A stretch of DNA of 64,000 bases, from the NCBI GenBank assembly GCA_963575745.1, contig CAUYUJ010000225.1, forward strand, positions 806,001 through 870,000, written 5' to 3'. Position 1 is the stretch's first letter. Each line of letters begins with the position of its first letter. A program made the translations under genes and the position numbers. Under the pieces are notes generated by a model that ran no database searches, was not told the DNA's origin, and saw only the letters and a program-made list of their open reading frames with translations. Source of the stretch: Prorocentrum cordatum (lineage: Eukaryota). Shown here piece after piece: positions 1 to 12,782 of the stretch.

Positions 1-104
1 ACCATCAACGTCAGCATCATCATTATGATCACCATTATTACCATCATCACCATCATCATAATCATCATCAGCATCATCATTATCACCATCGTCATCACCA
101 TCAC

Positions 105-141
<37 letters not shown>

Positions 142-330
142 GCCATCATCCTTATCCTCACCATCATAAGTATCACCATCATCATCATCATCACCATCAC
201 CATCACCATCATCATCACCACCACCATCAGCATCATCGGCATCATCGCCATCAACAACATCATCATCATCAGCAGCATCAGCATTAGCATCATAATTATA
301 ACTACCACCATCATCAGCATCACAAATATC
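1..330. repeat. Degenerate (CAT/CAC)n microsatellite
   Basis: Imperfect ATC/ACC trinucleotide run; the poly-Ile ORF 25..390 is an artefact of it. Confidence 0.95.
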
Positions 331-1825
331 CACATCTTCTCCTCGCCTTGCTACTCCCCCCTATCCTGGTCACCACCGCCACCACCATAAATCACCGCTA
401 CCGCCGACATCACCGGCATCCCCATCCATTCTCCCTTCCCAGAACTCTGAAGTCGTGATTTTTGCACAGCGTGGGCCCCCAGGGGTCTGGAACCCTCCCC
501 CGGGGACCCGCTGTTCGTCCTGCAGCCCTCGACAAAAGTAACATCAAAAGTGGTTGACGCGCCACTTCAATGTCAACCCCTTTCGCCCCTTCAGTGTCGC
601 CCCCTTCAATGTCGAAGCAGTTCGGAACGTGGCCTGGGCGGGCGCGATTCGGGAGTTTCACGATGACCGACATTGGAGATGGATGCGCCAACAAGCGTAC
701 CTTGTGCGCAATGTCGCCCAAGCCCGCGACATCACATCGACGAGGAAACTGCGTGACACATTTTTGATAGTAATCCTGTCGAGGGTAGTAGGTTGTTTTT
801 GACGGCCCCAGAGCCAGGCAAGAGCCCCCAAAAGCAGAAAACTGTCAAAAACCTCCTTTCGTGATTTTTTCGCGACGAGAGGAGTTGGGGTCCATCCCTC
901 CCTCCCTCCCTCCTACCTGCCACACCACGCCAACCCAACCCGAAGTCCCAAACCTCGGGTTGTGGGGCGTACGGGCTACACCTGTATCTTTCAATGTTCT
1001 GGGATGTCCCATCCCCAGCGGGAATGGAGGTCGAGTTGGGGCCTTCGCGTTGGGTTGGGGTGATTTGGTGGGTCGCTACGGGGCAACGATAAAGGGGGGA
1101 ATGGCTCAGAGGGGAACGTCGACCCAGAATCGGCGATACTCCGCCGATAGGTCGGCGATAAGCCCTCGGTTGCACATCCGCACGTCCCTGGGCGGGATGG
1201 GACTGTCAGGCCCCTACCGGCGATCAGTGGGCGATTGGGGGTTGATGCATCATCCCCCCCCCCTGAGCCCAATACTTCCCTGAGTCTGCCCCTGGGTAGC
1301 ATTAGGTCGGGCATGTCCTCCTACAGGCGGATTTTGGACGAATCATGACAAAGAGCCAAACAGTATGCAACCACATGCAAAAATTGAAGGGGAATCGTTC
1401 CCGACTGTTTTTTGACTATTTCTGGATACTCCTCCTGTAGAGCTCGAGGGGTCTTAGCTGCCCCGATACGCAACACGCAACTATTGATACGGATCTCAAC
1501 ACGTAGACTGAACACGTAGGTCTGAAGCGGTACGTTCGCCAAAACGTGGGCCAATACGTGAAGCCAACACGCAACGTATTGACAAGGACGTTTTGAACAC
1601 GGCACGTGTTGCGTATCAAGACGGGCGCATCGAGGCAGCTAAGCGAGGGCTATGCCCGACTCGAGGGTAGCAATGTCCTGCTCCCCGAGCGCGGGCCGGC
1701 CGGGGCACTCTTCCGGGGCGCGAGGCCGAGGCCCCCGCGTTGACCTGCTGCGCGCTGGGGCTGGCGCTGAGCAGGCTGTCCTGGGGCGCGGGCGCCGCCG
1801 CGCAGCCACGCCGTGGCCGAGGCAG

Positions 1826-2165
1826 CAGCAGGAGGAGACGGAGGAGGAGGAAGAGGAGGAGGAGGAGAAGGAGGAGGAGGAGGAGGAGGAGGAGGAGGAG
1901 GCGTACGCTACAGGCTGGTGCCTTGCAGCTTGCCCAAGAAAAAAAAGAAGGAGGAGACGGAGGAGGAAACGGAGGAGGAGGAGGAGGAAAAGGAGGAGGA
2001 GGAGGACGAGGAGGAGGAGGAGAAGGAGGAGGAGGAGGAGGAGGAGACGGAGGAGGAGGAAGCGGAGGAGGAGGCGCAGGAGGAGGAAGGCGCGCCATAA
2101 AAGGCGGGTGTGCTGCCCGGCTTTCTCTCTTTCTCTCTCTCTCTCTCTTTCACTTTCTCTTTTTT

Positions 2166-2198
<33 letters not shown>

Positions 2199-2200
2199 CC
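1826..2200. repeat. (GGA)n and (CT)n microsatellites
   Basis: Directly visible GGA runs at 1826-2090 and a CT run at 2120-2197. Confidence 0.95.
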
Positions 2201-2688
2201 TCGGCCCCAGGGGCTCCCTCCCTCCAGGAAGGACTGGCACCCCCGCAGGGGGCCCCCAGGGCAGCCGGAAGGCCATCGTCTGCCCGCAGGGCCGGTGCCC
2301 CGCGAGCCGCTCGAATTTATCGGCGCCAGGTAGGCGGAGGAGGAGGAGGAGAAGGAGGAGAAGGAGGAGGAGGAGGAGGAGGAGGAGGGAGGGGGAGGAA
2401 AAGCGGAGGGGCGCGCTGCGGCAGGGGCGGCAAGGCATGGGGAAGGGAGGGAGAGGGGGACGGGGCCAGGGGCGGGGGAAGTCGGCAGGCGGCGGTCGTC
2501 GTGGCGGTCGTCGTTGGGGTTGTGGTGAAGGTCGTGGTCGTGGGGCAGGTCGCGCAAGTCGTGGTGGTCGTGGTGGTCGGCGGGCTGGCGGTGGTCGTGG
2601 TGGTCGCGGTGATCGTCGTTCGAGTGGTCGTGGTGTTCGTTGTCGCCGTGGTTGTCGTCGGCTAGGTCGAGGTGGACGCGGTGGCGTG

Positions 2689-5025
2689 CTAGTTGTGGTC
2701 GTGGTGGTGGGCGCGGTGGTCGCGCTGAGGGTGGTAGAGGGGCTGTTTCGCTGCTCGCACCGCACTAAGCAGCATCTCCGCGCTGCCGAAAGTCAAACAG
2801 CGTTGGATCTTCCTCCAGGTGGCGGAAATCACGCCCGACCGCTCGGCCTCCAGTAAGTCCTGGCCGTAAGAGCGGACGAAGGCGACCAACTCGTCGGCTG
2901 GCCGGCCACCCGACTCCAAGACAGCCGGAATGAACTCCCCGCCGGAAGGGGGGTAGCGCGCCCGCTTCCTGTCGACCGCTTGTGCCGCCGCCACCCCGTT
3001 CGTGCGGGCCCTGGCCTGCCTGCGAGCGTCGTTGTCGCTGTGTTCGCAGGTAACGGACCAGTCCACATAGACCAGGGAGTTGGTTGCGGGGTCGCGCGTG
3101 GCCGCGTCGAGGATGGCCTCCTCCCACACTCCAGTGTCGGGGTGCTGGCGATCCCAGGCAGGGACACGCTGCTCGGTCGTGGCCCTGTGGCCCGTCTGAG
3201 CGTAGCGCCAGAGCGCGCTCCAGTCGCGCAGGGAGTTGTGCCTGGAGTCCCTGCTGCCCCCACACCCGCGCTTTCGGGCGTGCCAGCCGTTGGTGTCCAG
3301 CAGTTCCCCGCAGAGCGTTCCGTCCTGTTTGCGGTGCTGGCAGCGCGCGCCCGGGGCGCACACGTCGCAGCTGAGGCGCATGCGCAGGTTGGCCAGAAAG
3401 TGGGCGTCTGGGAGAGGCGCGTCGCTCTCCAGCTCCGTGTAGTGCGACTTGGCCATCCTCGTCCAGCGTCCTTAGGAGCCGCGCTCGTCTGGCGAAGGAG
3501 GTTCTCTTCCCCCAATACCCCTGCTGTTTGGTCTTGGGCTCGGCCAAGAGGGCTGCCCAGTCCAAGGGTTCGGCCTTCGCCTCCTGCCGGTCAAGCTCCG
3601 CTTCGGCGCGGCGCCAAGCGTCTGCCGTCTGGGGGCAGCGGGAGCGGACGGATTCCGCCGAGGGAGCTCCGAGGCAGGCTGCCACGCCCCGAAAGCAGAA
3701 CGCCCAGCTACCGAGGTAGGCGCGAGCGGCGGTCTCTCGGGCCGACGGGAAGCCGTTGCCACCGTCCTTGAGGCGGAGGGTGAGCCACTCCTTCTGCTCG
3801 TTGCTCAAGGGCCCGGTCAGCTCAGCGTAGGCCCCAAAGAGCAAGTCGTCGAGCTCCCCCACCCAGGCGGTCTCGTAGTTCGCGGGCAGCAGGTCGGTGC
3901 AGCAGCCCTGGGCGTAGGTGCGGAGCAGCGCGTGGGCCCCTTCCGCCGAAAGTCCGTGCTGGCGCAGCGTTCTCCAGTGGGCCAGGAATTGTCGCGTCTT
4001 GTCCAGGACCTCTCGGCCATCGGAAGGGGCCAGGAGGGACAGTCGTCCTCCTCGTCGCGGTCGTACCACGTGACCGGGTTCCCCAGGACGGACAGGGTGG
4101 CGGTCCGGAGCGGCGCGAGCTCGGGACGGATCGCAGTGGCGGGGCTGGCGGTCCATACCTTGGTCTTGTTCGCGTTAAGCTCAAGGCCGGCTCGGGCCAT
4201 CTCTTCCTGCACGACGTCGTGGGCCTGAGCGGCGGCCGCCGCCGGCACGACCACGAGCACGTCGTCCAGGTAGGAGACAAGGCGGGAGGCGGGGCTCAGT
4301 TGTTGCAGGCGGTCGTGAGCGCGGGCCAGGGCGTCGGCGATTCCTATCGCGAAGAAGGCGGGGCTGCGCGGACAGCCCTGATCGACGCCTGTCTGGGCCG
4401 ACGCGGGCATGGGGGTGCCGCGATTGTCCCAGAAGAGGTGCGTCGTCGGCCTCGTCAGCCAGGCGTTGGCGACAGGGAGGAGGCTCGGCGCCCGGCGGCC
4501 CAGTGCGTCAAGCACCGCTTGCCAGGGTAAGGCGTTGAAAGCGTTAGTAGCGTCAAAGGCCAGGACAGCGGCCCCCGGCATCGCTTCGGCCAAAGTGATG
4601 ACGCATTTTGTGGACCCGCTCGCAGCCCGCCCTCGACCGTGAACTGGTGGGGGCCGCGCGCATCTTTCAGCTCCTCCTTGAGGACTTCGCAAACCGCCTT
4701 CGCCGCCAGCCTGCGGAGGACGCTCTCGCACGCCACCGGCCGCAGTTCCCTGTTTTTCTTCCGCAACGCGACCAGTCGGGCTCCCAAGTTGGCCGCAGTG
4801 AAGTCGGGGGGGGGGACGCCGAGGAGGAAGGCCACAGCCATCCGGCAGTTCGCCTCGAGCGCGGCGGAATCGGCAAGGAGCGTCTTCCAGTGCTCGAAGC
4901 GGGAGCCGTTGGGGCCCGGGCCAGACCTCTGCGGGGTTTGCTCGACGGCCTTGCGCACCGCGTGCAAGAGTTTTTCCGTGGTCTCGTCGTCGGGGCGCTG
5001 CGCTGCGGCTGCGGTGGCCCCCGCG
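2689..5025 (-). mobile_element. Degenerate CRE-clade non-LTR retrotransposon (RT + zinc knuckle + restriction-like endonuclease), frameshifted and probably 5'-truncated
   Basis: Four successive minus-strand frames carry the motifs in the expected order: SGPGPNGSRFEH and GARLVALRKK..LRPVACESVLRRL (4455..4967); FDATNAFN, GVDQGCPRSPAFF, YLDD, LELNANKT (3817..4731); LRLKDGGNG (2765..4156); CGELLDTNGWHA..C, RHNSLRD, EQRVP, YVDWSV, RKRARY, FIPAVLESGGR (2689..3456). Confidence 0.9.
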
Positions 5026-5027
5026 CC

Positions 5028-5119
5028 CTCTCTTTCTTTGTTTTCTCCCTCTCTCTCTCTTTCTTTATTTCTCCCCCTCTCTCTTTCTTTCTTTCTCTCT
5101 CTCTCTCGTTTTTTTTTTT

Positions 5120-5166
<47 letters not shown>

Positions 5167-5370
5167 TTGTTTTCTCTCTCTTTCTCTTTCTCTCTCTCTC
5201 TCGTATTTTACTCTCTCTCTCTCTCTCTCTCTCGTTCTCTTTCTCTCTCTTTTACTCCTCGTCGATCTTTCCTTCCTTACGTTAATTGCTGTATGGCACA
5301 TGTATGCCACACATTTACCTATTTTTCTTTCTCTCTCTCTCTCTCTCTCGTTCTCCCCCTTTCTCTCTCA
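5028..5370. repeat. (CT)n microsatellite
   Basis: Long imperfect CT/T run abutting the 5' end of the CRE element. Confidence 0.95.
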
Positions 5371-5799
5371 GCGAGTGTTTACAGGGTCCTTGACGTGTGA
5401 ATGTTGAATGGATTTCGATCCCAGTTTCCTTCCTTACGTTGTGTGCCAATTGCTGTATGGCACGCTCCTCCTCTTGGACCTGGGGCAGCCAAGTGGGCCC
5501 CGCCCACCCCCACGCCTCGAGGGGGACCCTGGCCCTTGGCGCTGGGCCCGCGTCCACTGCCCGACCATCTCGGCCCTCACCGGGAGGAAACTCTTATGCC
5601 AGCCAGGGGAGGAGAGGGGATAAAAGGCGGGAGGGCCAGGAAGATAACCGCCCCTACTACTACTCCTCCACCTCCTCCAATTTCTCCCTACCGTTATGTG
5701 GTGCTGGGTCCTCGTCTTGAAGAGACGATTCCCGCGTCCCTCCTCCCTCTTTCCTCCCTCCCCCTCCTCTTTCCTCCCTGCGTCTCACCCACCCAACAC

Positions 5800-6143
5800 A
5801 ACGCTTCGTGACCACATAGGGAGCTCAACCGAAGGCTCCAATGGCAGGGTTCGCATGGCGGCATCTGGCCATTTCGGCACACCCCTCATGAGGATCAGGG
5901 CCCCGTAGGGAGTTCCACCGAAGACACCAGCGGCAGGGTTCGCATGGAGGCCTCGGGCCATTCCGACACACTCTTCACGAGGATCGTGGCCCCATAGGGA
6001 GCTCCACCGAAGGTGCCACTGGCAGGGTTCGCACGGCGGCTTCGGGCCATTTCGGCACACCTCTCACGAGGATCGTGGCCCCACAAGGAGCTCCACCGAA
6101 GGCGCCAGTGGCAGGATTCGCATGGCGGCCTCGGGCCATTTCG

Positions 6144-6182
<39 letters not shown>

Positions 6183-7228
6183 CGCGAGGATCGTGGCCCC
6201 ACAGGGGGCTCCGCAGGAGGCGTCAGTGGCAGGGTTCGCATGGCGGCCTCGTGCCATTTGGGCACACCCCCCGCGAGGATCGTGGCCCCGTAGGGAGCTC
6301 CGCAGGAGGCGTCAGTGGCAGGGTTCGCATGGCGGCCTCGGCCCATTTCGGCACACCCCTCACGAGGATCGTGGCCCCATAAGGGGGCTCCACCGAAGGC
6401 GCCAGTAGCAGGGTTCGCACGGCGGCCTCGGGCCAGTTCGGCAAACGCCTCACGAAGATCGTGGCCCCAAAGGGGCTCCACCGATCCCAATGGCAGGGTT
6501 CGCTTGGCGGCCTCGGGCAATGTCGGCACACCCCTCACGAGGATCGTGGCCCCATAGGAGCTCCACCGAAGGCGCCAGTGGCAGGGTTCGCACGGCGGCC
6601 TCGGGCCATTTCGACACACACCCCTCACAAGGATCGCGACCCCGTAGGGAGCTCCACCGAAGGCACCAGCGGCAGGGCTCGCATCGCAGACTCGGGCCAT
6701 TCCAACACACCCCTCACGAGGATCGTGGCCCCATAGGGAGCTCCACCGCAGGTGCCAGTGGCAGGGTTCGCACGGCGGCCTCGGGCCATTTCGGCACACC
6801 CCTCACGAGGATCGTGGCCCCACAGGGAGCTCCACCGAAGGCGCCAGCGGCAGGGTTCGCATGGCGGCCTCGGGCCATTTCGGCACACACACGCACACAC
6901 ACACACACACACACACCCCGCGAGGGTCGTGGCCCCGTGGTGCCGTAGGGAGCTCCGCAGGAGGCGTCAGCGGCAGGGTTCGCATGGCGGCACACCCCCC
7001 GCGAGGATCGTGGCCCTGTGGGGAGCTCAACCGAAGGCGCCAGCGGCAGGGTTCGCATGGCGGCCTCGGGCCATTTCGGCACACCCCTCACGAGGATCGT
7101 GGCCCCACAAGGGGGCCCCAGCGAAGGCCTCAATGACAGGGCTCGCATGGCGGCCTCGGGCCACTTCGGCACACCCCTCACGAGGATCGTGGCCGCATAG
7201 GAGCTGCACCGAAGGCGCCAGTGGCAGC
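5800..7228 (+). repeat. ~80-85-bp tandem satellite (gaggatcgtggccccatagggagctccaccgaaggcgccagtggcagggttcgcatggcggcctcgggccatttcggcacacccctcac)
   Basis: About 16 diverged tandem copies, two interrupted by (CA)n expansions at the 'cacac' position. Confidence 0.95.
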
Positions 7229-7249
7229 CTCCCTCATGGCTCTCAAAGC

Positions 7250-7380
7250 CCTCCTGCTTCTGCTCCTCGGTTAGGGGGGCGCCGTCTTCGTCGTCGTCGG
7301 CGCCCGCGAAAACGGACACGAACATGTCCCTGAGCATGTCGGGCTCCGGCGGGAAGCCGTGGCCACAGAGGGGGCGCGGG
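7250..7380 (-). pseudogene. Possible coding fragment resembling a Helitron-associated N-terminal (DUF6570-like) region
   Basis: Non-repetitive protein-like reading FPPEPDMLRDMFVSVFAGADDDEDGAPLTEEQKQE; the family resemblance is by eye only. Confidence 0.25.
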
Positions 7381-7544
7381 CGAAGATGGTATTCGCAATT
7401 GCGGTATTCACAACTGCGTATGGTTGGGTCTTTCGCCAGGCTAATTCTGGAGTGCACGACGACTCGTCAATTCTATAGACGCCGCCTTTGCGAAGACTTG
7501 CGCGAAGGACGCAGAAACTCTGCAAGGCCACTGCAGATCCCGTC

Positions 7545-7835
7545 CCTTTTCCTCCTCCTCCTCCTCCTCCTCCTCCTCCTCCTCCTCCTCCCCCTCCTTT
7601 TCCTTTACCTCCTCCTCCTCCTCCTCCTCCTCCTCCTCCTCCTCCTCCTCCTCCTCCTCCTCCTCCTCCTCCTCCTCCTCCTGCCTCCTCCTTCTCCTCC
7701 CCCTCCTTTTCCTCCTCCTCCTCCTCCCTCCTCCTCCTCCTCCCCTCCTCCTCCTCCTCCTCCTCCTCCTCCTCCTCCTCCTCCTCCTCCTCCTCCTCCT
7801 CCTCCTCCTCCTCCTCCTCTCCCTCTCCCTTTCCC
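7545..7835. repeat. (CCT)n microsatellite
   Basis: Near-perfect CCT run. Confidence 0.97.
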
Positions 7836-8271
7836 TCCCGGCAGCATCAGTGACGAATCACTGGGATCCTGAGGGTCCTGAGGCTGCCTGCCACGAGATC
7901 CGACGTCGGCCGAAAAAAACTGATAAAGCAACAACAACTGTCGCAACGAGTCACAACCAGAATCATGGGCCCCATCGTTGGGCCCCGAGCCAGAAAACAC
8001 GGGGCGGGAACGCCGGCCGCACTCCTGCCCGTGGCCACCGAGGGTGCCCCTCCCATGTCCGCGCCACTCTCGCCTCCCCCTCCCTCCACCCGGGCCTCCG
8101 ACGTCATGGGCAGTGCTGGTCAAGAAAAGTCAGCGCGGGGGCCACATCGGATCGGGATGCACCGGGACTCACTGAAAAAACCGGGTCTGCATGGTGTGTC
8201 GGGCGCAGCAGAGCAGTACCAGACGGCCCCGGAGCGCTCTTGGGGGGCGCGCTGGGAAGCTCTGCAGCGAG

Positions 8272-8524
8272 GCATCCCCGTCCTGGGCCTGCCTTCGATC
8301 GTTCCCCTCCGCCCATGCGAGGCGGGGGTTTATCCGTATCCACCGCCTGGGAATTGACGTCCTGGCGCCGCGGTGGATATGGACATATTTCGGCCCCCGG
8401 GGGCCCGAATATGTCCATATCCACCGCCTGCCGAGGTTCCGAAAACTGACCCTCCAGGCGGTGGATATGGATAAATTCCCGCCTCGGAGCATCCCCATCC
8501 TGGGCCTGCCTTCGATCATTCCCC
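8272..8524. repeat. Nested inverted-repeat cassette between 36-bp direct repeats
   Basis: Inner palindrome 8370-8427; outer arms about 8319-8350 and 8454-8486; flanking direct repeat gcatcccc(g/a)tcctgggcctgccttcgatc(g/a)ttcccc at 8272 and 8489. Confidence 0.85.
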
Positions 8525-9094
8525 CCCTCCCAGGCCTCCGATGCCACGATTTGTCCAGCACGCGGCCTCCGACCTCCCAAGCCCTTCCCCAGGACTGGCG
8601 TTCGTTCCAGACTGCTCGTGGTGGCCCCGGGGCCAGAAGCCGCCACCTGGAGCCAGAAACCGATCCGAAAGCGGCCAGCGCCGGCACCGAGCACAAAGCA
8701 GAGGCACAACAGAAACGGCGTCGGAGGCCCAGATCCTCCTCCTTCGGGGATGGACAGACTCCCCTTTAGTAAAACGTGGTTTAGTGAAAACGACCTGAGG
8801 CCCAAACCTGGCGGGCGCACGCCTGGAAAATAACGGCCACGGCGCCCTCTCGAGAACCGAAAACGGACAATTCACTAATCGACGTGTCACTGCTGGGGGT
8901 TCAGTCCACCCCCGAAAAACGGCGTCGGAGGCCCAGATCCTCCTCCTAGGAGGTCGCGGCCCCGGGCCCCTTCCTCAGGTGCGCTCCGGCCAGGATGTCC
9001 AAGAGGGTCCAGCCGCGGCGACGAGACGCCTCCCTGAGGCCCCCCAAATGTGCAAAAGCCATGCAGAAGCCACATTCTCTAACCTCGATCCTGC

Positions 9095-9205
9095 CTCCTC
9101 GACGAGGCCGCGCTGGTCCAGGCCCAGCAGCCAGTACGCGTGCTTTCGCTCGGCGAAGAGGCACTGCGCGGGGACGGGGGCGCACTCGAGCAGCTTCCTG
9201 AGCTC
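9095..9205 (-). CDS. Candidate exon of an intron-rich host gene (ELRKLLECAPVPAQCLFAERKHAYWLLGLDQRGLVEE)
   Basis: Protein-like reading with GC-rich third codon positions, ending AG|GC (a GC donor); the acceptor is uncertain. Confidence 0.4.
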
Positions 9206-9805
9206 CTCCGCCGTGGTCGTTCAGCAATGAACCCCCGAAAGAGCGAGGCCCATGGAGCTCAGGCAGACACCGCCTTCTTACCCCTGCATCATACTTCTCC
9301 CCCCCCCCTCCTCCTCCTCCTCCTCCTCCTTCTCCTCCTCCCCCACTTCCTCCTCCTCCTCCATCTTCTCCTCCTCCTCCTCCTCCTCCTCCATCTCCTC
9401 CTCCTCCTCCTCCTCCTCCTCCTCCTCCTCCTCCTCCTCCTCCTCTTCCTCCATATCCCCCCCCTTCTCCTCGAGAACGGGGGATTGTGGAGTCGCAGGG
9501 GTTCAAAAGCGCGCGCGCGAGGGTTTCGCGCTGAGTTCGCGACTGTTTCTGTGCAAACTCTGCTCTGTGTCGTCCTCCTCCTCCTCCTCCTCCTCCTCCG
9601 CCCCCTCCTCCTCCTCCTCCTCCTCCTCCTCCTCCTCGCTCTTCCCCTCCTGCTACCTCTCTGCCTTTTTTTTCTCCAGGCGCCCCCCCCCAGGGAAAAA
9701 AACCCTAAAACAAAATATCAGTTTTTTTTTTCTGGGGGGGGGGGGGAGGCACCAGGAGAAAAAAAAAGGAATGCGACGTGACCACATCTGCCCTCCCCCC
9801 TAGAA

Positions 9806-9962
9806 GGATTCCTATTGGACGCCACCATAAGAAGGATTCACAGTAAAATCCTCGACAGAAGGGTTCCTATCGAAACCCTCCACTGAATGATTCCTACCGA
9901 AATCCTCCACATGTGGATTCCTACTGCAACCCTCCACTGAATGATTCCTACTGAAATCCTCG
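9806..9962. repeat. Short tandem repeats (gattcctactgaaatcctccactgaat-like)
   Basis: Several degenerate copies immediately before the hexamer array. Confidence 0.75.
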
Positions 9963-12220
9963 AATGGCAATGGTAATGGTAATGGTACTGGTAATGGTAC
10001 TGGTAATGGTTACGGTAATGATAGTGGTAACGGGGTAGCGTGGCAATGACAATGGCAATGGCAACGGTAATGGTAATGGTAATAGCAATGGCAATGGCAA
10101 TGGGAATGGCAATGACAATGGCAATGGCAATGGTAATGGCCATGACAATGGTAATGGTAACGGTAAGGGTAGAGGTAAAGGTAGAGTTAAAGGTAATGGT
10201 AATGGTATTGGCAATGGCAGTGGTAATGGTAATGGTAATGGGAATGGCAGTGGGAATGGGAACGGGAACGGGAATGGAAATGATAGTGGTAGTGGTAATG
10301 GTAATGGTAATGGTAATGGTCCTGGAAATTGTAATCGTATTGGGAATGTGAATGAGAACGGGAATTCTAATGGTAATGGCAGCGGTAGTATCATGGTAAT
10401 GTGAATGGGAGTGGAAATGGTACTGGCAATGGTAATGGTAGTGACGAATGGCAATGGCAATGGTGATGGTAATGGTAATGGTAATGACAGAGGTAATGGT
10501 ACTGGTACTGGTAATGGTAACGGTAATGGTAATGGTAAGGGGGTAGCGATTGGCAATGGCAATGACAATGGCAACGGTAATGGTAATGACAATGGCAATG
10601 AGATTGGCAATGGCAATGACAATGATAATGGCCATGGCAATGGCAATGGTAAGTGTAATGATAATGGCAATGGTAATGGGAATGGGAACGGGAATGGGAA
10701 TGTGAATGGGAATAGAAACGGGAACGGGAATGGAAATGGTAGTGGTAGTGGTAACGGAAATGGGAATGGTAAGGGTAAGGGTAAAGGTAAAGGTAGAAGT
10801 AAAGGTAATGGTAATGGAAATGATAGTGATAATGGTAATGGTAATGGTAATGGCCATGAGAATGGGAATGGCAATGGAAATGGTACTGGCAATGGTAATG
10901 GTAGTGGCGAATGGCAATGGCAATGCGAATGGTAATGGTAATGACAGAGGTAATGGTAATGGTACTGGTAATGGTAACGGTAATGATAGTGGTAACGAGG
11001 TGGCGACTGGCAATGGCAATGGCAATGACAATGGCAACGGTAATGGCAATGGCAATGGCAATGGCAATGGCAATGGGAATGGCAATGGTAATTGCCATGG
11101 CAATGGCAATGGTAATGGTAATGGCAATGGTAATGTGAATGGGAATGGGAACGGGAATGGGAATGTGAATGGGAATGGGAACGGGCATGGAAATGGCAGT
11201 GGTAGTGGTAACGGATATGGGAATGGTAAGGGTAAGGGTAAATGTAAAGGTAGAGGGAAAGGTAATGGTAATGGTAATGGCAATGGCAATTGTAATGGTA
11301 ACGGTAATGGTAATGGTATTGGGAATGGGAATGTTAATCGGAATGGTAATGGTACTGGCAACGGTAATGGTAGTGGCGAAGGGCAATGGCAATGGCAATG
11401 GTAATGGTAAATGGTAGTGGCGAATGGCAATGGTAATGGTAGTGGCGAATGGCAATGGCAATGGTAATGGTAATGGCAATGACAGTGGTAATGATAATGG
11501 TACTGGGAATGGTAATGGTGACGATAACGGTAATGGTAATGGTTATGGCAATGGTAACGATTGGCAATAGTAATGGGAATGGCAACGGCAACGGCAATGG
11601 CAATAGCAATGGCCATGGCAATGGTCATGGTCATGGTAATGGCAATGGCAATGGTAATGGTAATGGTAATGGTAATGGGAATGGGAATGGGAATGGGGAT
11701 CGTAGTAGTAATTGGAACGGGAACGGGAATGGAAATGGTAGTGGTAGTGGGAAAGATAATGGCAATGGTAATGGAAATGGTACTGGTAACGGTAATGGTA
11801 ATGGCAATGATGATGGGAATGGGAATTGTAATGGTGATGGCAGCGGTAATGGTAATGGTAATGGCAATTGTGTTGGTAATGCTAATGGTGGTGGCGAATG
11901 GTAATGGTAGTGGGAATGGTAATGGTAATGGTAACGGTAATGGTAACGGGGTGGCTACTGGCAGTGGCAATACCATGGCAATGGCAACGGCACTGGCAAT
12001 GGCAATGGCAATGATAATGGCAATTGTAATGGCAATGGTAATGGCACTGGCAATTGTAATGGCAATGGTAATGGTAATGGTTAAGGTAAAGGTAAAGATA
12101 AAGGTAAAGGTAATGGTAATGGTAACGGTAATGTGAATGGGAATGGGAATTGGGATGGGAATGGTAATGGTAATGGTAATGGTAATGGTATTGGGAATGG
12201 GAATGGAATGGGAATGGGAG
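9963..12220. repeat. (GGTAAT/GGCAAT/GGGAAT)n hexamer array with higher-order blocks
   Basis: 2.2-kb hexamer array with recurring variant blocks (ggtaaaggtagag, gggaacgggaat, ggtagtggcgaat). The 830-aa ORF across it is spurious. Confidence 0.97.
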
Positions 12221-12782
12221 TGGGAGAGATTGAGAGAGAGAGAGAGAGAGTGAGAGAAAACGAGAAAGGAAACATCAGCATAATGATGAGGAACAAACTG
12301 AAATATCGTAAATTTTCGTCTAAAACCCACAGCGACTCCACAATCCCCCGGCCTCTTCTCCTCCCCCTCCTCCTCCTCCTCCTCCTCCTCCTCAATCTCC
12401 TCCTCCTCCTCCTCCTCCTCCTCCTCCTGCTCGTCCTCCTCCTCCTCCTCCTCCTCCTCCTCCTCCTCCTCCTCCTCCTCCTCCTCTTCCTCGTTCTTAC
12501 CCCTCCTGCACCCCCCTTCCTCATAAACAACTTCGCCCTGTGGCGCCCCCCAGATGCGTTGGTAGGGCGGGCTGGGCGTTTCGCCTGAAATTTCCGCTGC
12601 GTAGCCAATCCTGAAGCTTCAATCTGCAACAGCCTCGAAAATGGAGGGCGGGTCCTTTTCAAAATGTAGCCCTCGCCTCAGCGCCGCGAACACTCGTCGT
12701 AAAGTCTGCACAAGCTTCAAGGATGGAGGGCCGATCCTCTTCGCAATGCGAGTCTTGCCTTACCGCCGCGAATCTTCGCTGG

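Noticed and set aside
5800..7228. Satellite core gccatttcggcacac resembles the DinoSL core GCCATTTTGGCTCAA (12/15)
   Set aside because: It lacks the CCGTA start, the AG end and a following GT intron, which is insufficient to call an SL RNA gene array.
9838..12330. 830-aa ORF and overlapping GN/MV/LP-repeat ORFs
   Set aside because: These are translations of a hexamer array that is open in several frames; there is no protein-like complexity.
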